From positions 1-13,705 of the forward strand of contig CAZUBM010000018.1 in assembly GCA_964618805.1 (NCBI GenBank): a DNA stretch of 13,705 bases. The letters run 5' to 3'. The notes beneath the pieces were generated by a model that saw only the letters and a list, made by a program, of their open reading frames with translations, was not told where the DNA came from and made no database searches. This document shows, one piece after another, positions 6,681-13,654 of this stretch. Position 1 is the first letter of the stretch. Every line of letters starts with the position of its first letter. This stretch comes from an uncultured Nitrososphaerota archaeon. Its GTDB lineage: Archaea > Korarchaeota > Korarchaeia > Korarchaeales > Korarchaeaceae. Made by a program: the position numbers and the translations under genes.

Positions 6681-7499
6681 ATGTACGTCGTAAAAGCCTC
6701 TGGAGAAAAGGATAAATTCAGACCAGAGAAACTCATTAGAAGCCTTGTTAGGGCAGGGGCATCAAAGGAGCTTGCTGTTCAAATAACAAACGAAGTAAAA
6801 CAGGACATATGGGATGGCATAACTACCTATGAAATCCTTGAGCTGGCGTTAGAAAAGCTTAAGGAAAGAAAAGAGAAAGTTCTAATGCTCAAATATGATT
6901 TGAAAAGAGCTCTCATGAAATTAGGCCCAACTGGATACCCATTCGAGAGATTCATAGCTATTCTCTTGAATAAATATGGCTATAGGACAAGAAACAACGT
7001 TGTGCTGGAGGGAAAATGTGTTAGGCATGAAGTTGATGTTATTGCAGAGAAAGACGGCATAAAATATATGGTTGAGTGTAAATATCACAACAAGAGGGGG
7101 ATTAAAACCGATCTTAAGGTTGCTATGTATACGTATGCAAGATTCTTAGACTTAGAGAAATACTTCAACGGTGCATGGCTGATTTGTAATACTAAATGTA
7201 CGGCAGAGACCATAAGGTACTGCAAGTGCATGGGAGTTAGGAACACTAGCTGGGCCTATCCTCCAGGCGAATGGAGCCTTGAAAGTATGATAGAAAAGAA
7301 GGTGCTATACCCTGTTACGATACTGAGCTCATTGAATGAGGAGGCTAGAAGGCTAGCACTCCAACTAAACATAATAACAGTGGAAGATTTTTTAGATAAA
7401 GGAGTTGAAGCTCTCATCTCAGCAGGAATAGACGAAAAGATGGTGCTTGCTGCTCAAAAAGAAGGCAAAATCCTTTTACAGACCAAGATACTGGGCTGA
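6681..7499 (+). CDS. ATP-cone domain fused to a Mrr-like PD-(D/E)xK restriction-endonuclease-fold domain
   Basis: N-terminal VVKASGEKDKFRPEKLIRSL...ITTYEI is the ATP-cone pattern (VxKxxGxxExFxxxKI). It is followed by GYPFERFIA..L...GY, HEVDVIA and VECK (nuclease E...D...ExK). TTTTTATT lies about 26 nt upstream. Confidence 0.85.
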   Translation: MYVVKASGEKDKFRPEKLIRSLVRAGASKELAVQITNEVKQDIWDGITTYEILELALEKLKERKEKVLMLKYDLKRALMKLGPTGYPFERFIAILLNKYGYRTRNNVVLEGKCVRHEVDVIAEKDGIKYMVECKYHNKRGIKTDLKVAMYTYARFLDLEKYFNGAWLICNTKCTAETIRYCKCMGVRNTSWAYPPGEWSLESMIEKKVLYPVTILSSLNEEARRLALQLNIITVEDFLDKGVEALISAGIDEKMVLAAQKEGKILLQTKILG

Positions 7500-7736
7500 T
7501 TCATACTACTCATCTTATTGCATAGAACCCTCATGGCTACTGGATCTCGCAGATAATTTATTTTACTCATCCTCTCTGTTTTGTGCTTGAATATGATGAT
7601 AGGGCTTTTTCGCAGTTAGCTTATTCAAAAACAACAACATCAATCTATCAAGCGGTCAAACTTTATTTTTCCCTCTTATTACCTCAGCATGTACTTGACT
7701 CTTACGGAATTAACAATAGACTAGGAGTCGGGTGGA

Positions 7737-8837
7737 ATGAAGAAGGGGCTAATAGTCGTTCTTATAGCCTTAATCTCAGCACCAAACCTCTTAATTGAAT
7801 CTAGCTCAGGAAGAATCGCTTATGTAATCTCTAATCAAATAGATTGGAAGCTTAATTACCAACTGTTTCTGGAAGCCACAACCAAGTATGGAATTATATT
7901 GAGGAGGATAACTAACCTTTCTTTAGCCAAAAATGCAAATATTCTGATTCTTGGAGGGCATTTAGCCCCTACAGATGAATGGATGCCGAAAAATTACGCT
8001 GAAGAACTGTTAAATGAGGAGGAGAAGAAGGAACTAGAATTAGGCCAAAGGAGAGCTTTGATTAAGATCATCGAGAAGGATGACAACAAGATTATGATAA
8101 TAGCGGGGTCAAATAGGTATAACACTTCTTTAGCTGCACAGTCAAGCAATGATTGGGACTCTTTACCAAATGCAATTGAGGCAATGTTAGGAACTAACCC
8201 TAGACAAGGTGATACGGACAACGACATGTTACCAGATGACAAAGAAGTGCTTGTGTACCTAACAGATCCTGTATTAGCTGATACTGATTCGGATGGAGAA
8301 TCAGATTCTGTTGAAATCCTTGTTTATGGAACGGATCCCAAACATGCAGAAAAATGGCAGGATTTTAACACCGTGGTGAAGATATTGGACAGTCCTAAGA
8401 AAATAAGCAGGTACATGAAAGATCACTTCACTTACTATCCTGACCCTGAGAGTGAAGATATATGGCAAAAAGCGAGCGAAACCTTTTACAGAAAAGGAGG
8501 AGATTGCGAGGATTATGCTATTTTCGCTCTTTACTGTCTAAGAACTCATGGATGGGCGTATGATGCTTTTGATGTTATAAAAAACCATAGTGCGGCTGTT
8601 ATTGGGATCATTTGGTCAGGCATTGAGGTGGGACATGCAGTTCTGGTTTATGTTGAAGATGGAAAGTTCTATCTTATTCATAGTGGAATAATCCCAACAG
8701 AAGGTCCCTTTTTAGATCTTGAAAGCTTAATAGATAAAGTAGCCGAAAGACTCTTCTTCTTTTCACCGCCATGGGAGAGATACTTCTTCATCAACGAACA
8801 GGGAAAAATAACTAAGATAGTGGAGAGAGAAGATTGA
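7737..8837 (+). CDS. Secreted multidomain protein: signal peptide, S-layer-C-terminal-like domain, Ca-binding DxDxD repeats, transglutaminase-like (LapG/C93-like) Cys domain
   Basis: MKK + hydrophobic signal. NILILGG...IIAGSNRYNT resembles the archaeal S-layer-family GG/AGxxRxxT domain. GTNP..DTDND..PD..E repeats follow, then WQxxxETxxxxGGDCEDYA (Cys at 8505) and GHAVLVY (His at 8634). Confidence 0.75.
   Translation: MKKGLIVVLIALISAPNLLIESSSGRIAYVISNQIDWKLNYQLFLEATTKYGIILRRITNLSLAKNANILILGGHLAPTDEWMPKNYAEELLNEEEKKELELGQRRALIKIIEKDDNKIMIIAGSNRYNTSLAAQSSNDWDSLPNAIEAMLGTNPRQGDTDNDMLPDDKEVLVYLTDPVLADTDSDGESDSVEILVYGTDPKHAEKWQDFNTVVKILDSPKKISRYMKDHFTYYPDPESEDIWQKASETFYRKGGDCEDYAIFALYCLRTHGWAYDAFDVIKNHSAAVIGIIWSGIEVGHAVLVYVEDGKFYLIHSGIIPTEGPFLDLESLIDKVAERLFFFSPPWERYFFINEQGKITKIVERED
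8151..8339 (+). repeat. About three ~23-aa bacterial-TSP3-like Ca-binding repeats within the secreted protein
   Basis: DWDSLPNAIEAMLGTNP / DTDNDMLPDDKEVLVYLTDP / DTDSDGESDSVEILVYGTDP. Confidence 0.8.
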
Positions 8838-9039
8838 CACTTGGCTGGAAGATAAATTAACAAGAGAAAGTGAAATAAAACCCTGAAATTTCATCCAACT
8901 ATGATCAATAGACACATACCTCTAATAGGGCCTCCTCATATCAAACAAAGGTTAACTCATTTTTCTTCACACATACCTCAAACGATTTTATTATAGTGCA
9001 TCGAAGACTAGTCCCACCAAGTGCGAATGGGTGTTTTTG

Positions 9040-10071
9040 ATGGAAAACACGATAAAAGTCATATGTTATGGAGTAGGAGTTATCGGAGGTAGGATAGCTA
9101 AAGCGATCCTGAAAAAGAAAGGAATTACCATCGTTGGAGCTGTAGATATAGCCAAAGATAAAGTGGGTAAGGATCTTGGAGAAGTTATTGGGCTAGACAA
9201 AAAACTTGGAGTTACGGTAACTAATGAGCCTGAAGAACTCTTTTCAAATGTAGAAGCAGATATAGTGGTGCATTGTACTTCTTCCTATCTCCCTCGAGTA
9301 TATTCTCAGATAGTTCAGTGCATTAAGGCAGGCCTAAATGTCGTCTCCACATGCGAAGAACTTTCTTTCCCCTTTAACAAGTATCCAGAGCTGGCTAGTA
9401 AGATAGACAAACTTGCAATAGACTATGGTGTAACAGTCCTTGGTACAGGGATAAATCCTGGCTACCTCATGGATACATTGCCAATTGTGCTTACTGCACC
9501 CTGCCTAAGGGTAGATCACATTGAAGTAACGAGGATGATGAATTCCGCAAAGAGAAGAATTCCTTTCCAGAAGAAGATAGGTACCGGATTGACGAAGGAG
9601 GAGTTCATTGAAAAAATGAAGAGTAAAGTAATAACTGGACATGTAGGCCTTTATGAGTCCATATCGATGATAGCTGCGGCTTTAGGATGGAAATTAGATA
9701 GAATAGAGGAACTGAATCCCGAGCCAGTTATAGCTGACAGGGACTTAGAAACTCCTTACACAAAGGTCCCAAAGGGATACGTTGCTGGACTTAAAAGCGT
9801 TGCAAGAGGCTACATGAACGGAAAAGAAGTTATCGTCCTTAATTTCATAGCGTATGCTCACGCGCCTGAGGAGTATGATGAAATTGTAATCAAAGGAGAG
9901 CCAAACATTCACGAGAAGATAATAGGAGGAGTTCATGGGGACATAGGCACGGTTGCTATGGTGATAAATGCCATACCAAAGGTACTGAACGCTGAACCAG
10001 GGCTACTCACGATGAAAGACATCTCTCTTCCATCTGCTGCCGTAGAGGATATGAGGATATACGTTGCTTAG
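9040..10071 (+). CDS. NAD(P)-dependent amine dehydrogenase, 2,4-diaminopentanoate dehydrogenase (Ord)-like / DapB-N-terminal family
   Basis: Rossmann YGVGVIG, GAVD...KVGKDLGE, GLNVVSTCEEL, TVLGTGINPG.LMD, GHVGL.ES and GDIGT...INAIP motifs. ATG 9040 follows GGGTG and is preferred over GTG 9031. Confidence 0.85.
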   Translation: MENTIKVICYGVGVIGGRIAKAILKKKGITIVGAVDIAKDKVGKDLGEVIGLDKKLGVTVTNEPEELFSNVEADIVVHCTSSYLPRVYSQIVQCIKAGLNVVSTCEELSFPFNKYPELASKIDKLAIDYGVTVLGTGINPGYLMDTLPIVLTAPCLRVDHIEVTRMMNSAKRRIPFQKKIGTGLTKEEFIEKMKSKVITGHVGLYESISMIAAALGWKLDRIEELNPEPVIADRDLETPYTKVPKGYVAGLKSVARGYMNGKEVIVLNFIAYAHAPEEYDEIVIKGEPNIHEKIIGGVHGDIGTVAMVINAIPKVLNAEPGLLTMKDISLPSAAVEDMRIYVA

Positions 10072-10080
10072 GAACAACGC

Positions 10081-10110
10081 CCTTTCTTTCCCTTTTTTAT
10101 TTATTTTGCT
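10081..10110 (+). terminator. Pyrimidine/T-rich archaeal-type terminator of the amine dehydrogenase gene
   Basis: CCTTTCTTTCCCTTTTTTATTTATTTTGCT starts 10 nt after the TAG at 10071. Confidence 0.55.
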
Positions 10111-10147
10111 CAAAAAGGACCTAACTTTGATGTTTAGTAGGGTAATT

Positions 10148-10189
10148 AAAGCAAAAAGAAGGAAGGAGGTTTAGGATAACCTCCTTCCT
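10148..10189 (-). terminator. Hairpin + U-tract terminator overlapping the stop codon of the surface-protein gene
   Basis: Perfect 12-bp inverted repeat 10160-10171 / 10178-10189 with a 6-nt loop. On the minus strand it reads AGGAAGGAGGTT-ATCCTA-AACCTCCTTCCT followed by TCTTTTTGCTTT. Confidence 0.7.
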
Positions 10190-12705
10190 ATGCTAATGGA
10201 AATTGGTAGAGAAAGCAAGGGAAGGGCTGAGAGGACCAAGGCCGATGAGCCTATTAGTGCTAGTATAGGAAGTAGAAGCACTTCTCCTAAACCTAAGACG
10301 AGAAGACTTGCTAGTAAAGCTGCGATAAGCCATTTGATAACAAGTACGCTTGAAAGTGAGTAACCACGTCTTTCAAGTAAGATTACAAGGGAAAGAAGTA
10401 TAGGTGTCAGGTATATTAAGCCCAAAAGAAGGCTTGAGATAATTCCTGCTAAAGTTACTGCTACCTCGGGATGAGCCTGCATAGATTCCAAAGATGCTTT
10501 AGATGCTATCTTCAACGTTCCTATGAGCGGATAAAGAGCGAATTTGAAAATTTCCTTGAGAGACTTATGATTTGCAATTATATCTGCAACTGGGGGACTC
10601 CAAGAGTAATAGAAGGCGTTAAAAGCGCGCATGAACTGTTGTCCTGCAAAAGTCTTCATGACGAAGTTATCCCTAAATTCCCTTAAGAACTGGACCTCTG
10701 ACGAAAGTTCAGAGCCATAAGTAGCAGTTGCAATCACACACTTCTTTGGAGCCTCTATAACTAAGGTTAAAGTTGTAGTTTTCTCCACTCCTCCTCCACT
10801 GGCTCTTATTAAGATAGTAAATGTTCCTGGGGTTGTTCCAGCTGTTATGTAAAATGTAGATGATCCTGTTGGTTTCAAAGTATCCGGGCTGAAGTTATAC
10901 CTTGCATCGCTAGGCAAGCCTGAGGCAGAGAGAGTTACCAACTGACTAGTTCCTGAGGTGAGCGTGAGTTGAACAACTACTGAACCTGAGCCAGAAGCCG
11001 GTAAAGTAAGACTCTTGGGGGTAACAGATACCTCAAAGTCGAATTTAGTGGGAGCCGGAGTTGGAGTCGGGGTAGGTGTGGCTGTTGGAGTAGGTGAGGG
11101 CCCTGCTGGTGTCACGGTTAAGATGAAGGCATTTGATTTGACCGACAGACCACCTCCCGTCGCTATAATGTACATTGTATAAGTTTTTGTTGGTGTATCA
11201 GCAGCTAGTTGAATCGTTATGGTTGAATCATAGTCAGGAGGCAGAGAATTTGCTGTGGCGCTTATTGCTGCTCCTGGAGGAAGTCCTGTTATCGCCAGTG
11301 TAACAGGTTTGCTGAAGCCCCCTGTTCCTACTACATGGACTGTATAATCTACAGATTCTCCCTGTTGTGCTGTCTGCGAAGAGGGTTCTACTTTCACATT
11401 GAACCCAGTGGCTTCTATTACTTCTAGAGTGACAGGATAGTCGTGAGTTTTTCCGCCTCCAGAACCAGTGACAGTAATTGTGTAAGTTCCTAGAGGCGTA
11501 GTGGGAGAAACCGAGATGCTCAAAATTGAAGAGAAATCGGGAACTTGGTTATTCAAACTGAAGCTATGGCTTGCTCCTGGAGGAAGCCCAGATACTGAGA
11601 GAGTTACTGGTTTCGAAAATCCTCCTGAAGCAGTTAAATCAACAGTAAATTCTACGCTTCCTCCTTGATTAACTTTTTGACTCCCAGGGATTACAACCAA
11701 ACTAAAGTCTGGGGTTACAGGAGGTTCTACATGCAATTCTAAGATCACAGCATTGGATGGTGCTGGAGAACCTTCTGTTCCCTGAAGCTCTACCCTGAGC
11801 TTGTAGTCTCCAGGATCCGTTGCAGCAGATGTTTGAACAGTTACTGTTAGGACGAACGGAACCACTCCGCTAGGTACATCTGGCGTTACTGTAACGCCAG
11901 AGGGACCGGGTGCAATCCAGTCTATGTTAACATTAGCGTTTCCCTTGTACGTACCTCCGACAACGATTTGGTAGGATGTTGAGCCTCCCTGAACTACTGT
12001 CTGGGATTTTGGGGAAGGTGTTAACTCTATTTTTGCAGGAGTATACTCAATCACCAGCTGAGGTCCATTGCTTCCATCTGAGGAGTCGAAGTATGCGTAT
12101 TTAGATGATGTATCAGCCTCAAGTATTATCCCATAGTTCGGATAAACTTTGTTTACAAAGTCTTGGACAATATTCTTTAATTCTATTTCTAGCCAGCTAT
12201 TAACATCCGCTGGACTAATGTGCAGAGATGCTAGCGTCGTTGGATCATAATCTCCACCCGGATTGCTCCAAGGCAGTGGAATCCAGATGCCTAGAATAGG
12301 ATTATAGATCATTGAAGCTATATTCCAAGTTGATTTTGTCTCAGACCATGATGTCGTGAGCCTGTGGACCCTGATAAAGGCTCCTGTAAAACCAGTTTGA
12401 TATGCCCTGAAATATAATTTTAGCTTTGCGCTTATTATCGTTGATCCGGGAGGTATATCGCTAAGATCAAAATAAAGAAGCGTACGACGACGATTTCCAC
12501 TGTATTTTCCAACAAAAAGCCGCTGATTGTTTGGAGGAGGCTCTGTATCGAAGTTCTTGTCAGGGAAATCCTCAAGAATGGTATTATCATAAGTTATGTG
12601 AATAGTCTTGGTCTCAGGCGAGGCTTTAACCCTCCAAGCTGTAAGAGTTGGAAAAAGACTCGTTGCTACTAAAACAAGACAGATAGTCAGGTATATTCTC
12701 TTCAT
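10171..12705 (-). CDS. Large cell-surface protein: signal peptide, DNRLRE-type domain, four Ig-like repeats, PT linker, CFI-box-CTERM-like domain, C-terminal TM helices
   Basis: MKRIYLTICLVLVATSLF signal. RTLLYFDLSDIPPGSTIISAKLKLY...WSETKSTWN...NYGIIL...PQLVIEY is a DNRLRE-type pattern. It then has ~100-aa repeats, PSPTPTATPTPTPTP, CVIATATYGSELSSEVQFLREFRD...AGQQFMRAFNAFYYSWSPPVA and hydrophobic C-terminal helices. ATG 12705 is preferred over the track's 12723 because BRE/TATA (GAAAAACATTAAAT) lies 26 nt upstream. Confidence 0.88.
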   Translation of the reverse strand: MKRIYLTICLVLVATSLFPTLTAWRVKASPETKTIHITYDNTILEDFPDKNFDTEPPPNNQRLFVGKYSGNRRRTLLYFDLSDIPPGSTIISAKLKLYFRAYQTGFTGAFIRVHRLTTSWSETKSTWNIASMIYNPILGIWIPLPWSNPGGDYDPTTLASLHISPADVNSWLEIELKNIVQDFVNKVYPNYGIILEADTSSKYAYFDSSDGSNGPQLVIEYTPAKIELTPSPKSQTVVQGGSTSYQIVVGGTYKGNANVNIDWIAPGPSGVTVTPDVPSGVVPFVLTVTVQTSAATDPGDYKLRVELQGTEGSPAPSNAVILELHVEPPVTPDFSLVVIPGSQKVNQGGSVEFTVDLTASGGFSKPVTLSVSGLPPGASHSFSLNNQVPDFSSILSISVSPTTPLGTYTITVTGSGGGKTHDYPVTLEVIEATGFNVKVEPSSQTAQQGESVDYTVHVVGTGGFSKPVTLAITGLPPGAAISATANSLPPDYDSTITIQLAADTPTKTYTMYIIATGGGLSVKSNAFILTVTPAGPSPTPTATPTPTPTPAPTKFDFEVSVTPKSLTLPASGSGSVVVQLTLTSGTSQLVTLSASGLPSDARYNFSPDTLKPTGSSTFYITAGTTPGTFTILIRASGGGVEKTTTLTLVIEAPKKCVIATATYGSELSSEVQFLREFRDNFVMKTFAGQQFMRAFNAFYYSWSPPVADIIANHKSLKEIFKFALYPLIGTLKIASKASLESMQAHPEVAVTLAGIISSLLLGLIYLTPILLSLVILLERRGYSLSSVLVIKWLIAALLASLLVLGLGEVLLLPILALIGSSALVLSALPLLSLPISISIGRRLS
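10750..12033 (-). repeat. Four diverged ~100-aa Ig-like repeats with a Pro/Thr linker (about 11047-11112) between repeats 3 and 4
   Basis: The repeats begin near 12033, 11712, 11406 and 11043, with shared F.l.v.P.Sq.v.QG.S..y.v, PVTL.vsGLPPGa and tpgtYti.v.a.GGG motifs. Confidence 0.8.
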
Positions 12706-12730
12706 TGAAGATCCTAGAAACAACTTTAGA

Positions 12731-12744
12731 ATTTAATGTTTTTC
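12731..12744 (-). promoter_or_regulatory. BRE + TATA box of the surface-protein gene (leaderless spacing)
   Basis: Minus-strand GAAAAACATTAAAT, with the TATA element ending 26 nt before ATG 12705. Confidence 0.5.
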
Positions 12745-12819
12745 TTAACTGATGATTTTATGCACATATGTATCACAAACGAAAGTATAAATCTAGATAG
12801 GTCTTTCTTTCGAAAATTG

Positions 12820-13605
12820 TTAGATTTCCCTTAAATCTATCAAGACTTTCTTCAAGCAACCTTTCTTGAATAATTCTCTGCTTCCTCCCCCTACTTTAAC
12901 AACCTTCGTTGTAAGCTTTACATCTCTTATCAAAGAAGCTGCTAACACATCAATACCCTTCTCCCTCCAAAATTCTGGAAAGACGGGGACAGAAGGGCCT
13001 ACTAATGCTATTTTACAGTTTTGCCTTTGCTCTTTTCTTACAAGTTCTAAAATATGATTTATCGATTTATTAGAAACGGCCGAGCCTGATATGAAAAGAG
13101 CTGAGATCTTTTGCTTGTGTAAAATCAGATCAATTGCCCACCAAGGTCTTACCTCAAGATTAGGGGGTCCTTCTCTTGTTATAAAGCCGTCCTCAACTGC
13201 CCAAATTTTATTTATGTGCTCATGTAGCTCCCACGCTAAGGGCATCATTAATCCAACCATCAGTATGTTGTCATCTCTACTCAGACTGAGGACATCTATC
13301 AGGTTCTTAGAAACAGTAAAATCCATCTGAGAAGCCAAGATCTGGGATGCAGCATTTATCGTCGCTAAACCAATTGAGGCTTCTATGGGTGAGGTAGAAA
13401 AAAGAAGATTAGCAAGCCTTTTTGGTTCTCGAGTGAAAATATCTTTCTTTTCTTTGCTCAAGAAAGGTCCCTTTAGGGTGAAAGAAAGGCCTATAGTGTC
13501 TCCTTCTAAAAGAACAGCCGTATATCTCAGTCCAACTATGATATCCTGGACTTTCCTATCGGATAATATGGGTCCAGCAATTTCCACAAGCTCTTCCTGT
13601 ATCAT
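12820..13605 (-). CDS. DUF364 / DUF4213 Rossmann-like domain protein (putative metal/pterin-binding)
   Basis: DIIVGLRYTAV, EASIGLATINA, ILMVG, LFISGSAVSNKSINHIL, ALVGPS and GIDVLA motifs are characteristic of the DUF364 family. Confidence 0.85.
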   Translation of the reverse strand: MIQEELVEIAGPILSDRKVQDIIVGLRYTAVLLEGDTIGLSFTLKGPFLSKEKKDIFTREPKRLANLLFSTSPIEASIGLATINAASQILASQMDFTVSKNLIDVLSLSRDDNILMVGLMMPLAWELHEHINKIWAVEDGFITREGPPNLEVRPWWAIDLILHKQKISALFISGSAVSNKSINHILELVRKEQRQNCKIALVGPSVPVFPEFWREKGIDVLAASLIRDVKLTTKVVKVGGGSRELFKKGCLKKVLIDLREI

Positions 13606-13654
13606 CAGCTAATTTTTCGCTATGTAACTTTAACTTCTTTACGAATCCCGGAGG

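Noticed and set aside
6681-7499. Calling the ATP-cone protein NrdR or a type II restriction-modification enzyme
   Set aside because: It lacks the N-terminal NrdR zinc ribbon, and there is no cognate methyltransferase in the window.
7583-7798. 71-aa plus-strand ORF and a perfect C-box word ATGATGA near 7593
   Set aside because: The ORF overlaps the next gene's start out of frame and has no motif. No CTGA D box follows at guide-RNA distance.
7994-10686. ORFs 7994-8242 (-), 8678-8863 (-), 9745-9936 (-) and 10471-10686 (+)
   Set aside because: Antisense shadows of supported genes.
11047-11112. Short-period GGAGTT/GGGGTA-like repeats as a possible tandem DNA repeat or CRISPR
   Set aside because: They are explained by the Pro/Thr linker codons on the minus strand and have no repeat-spacer structure.
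12866-13612. ORFs 12866-13057, 13091-13330 and 13385-13612 (+)
   Set aside because: Antisense to the DUF364 gene.
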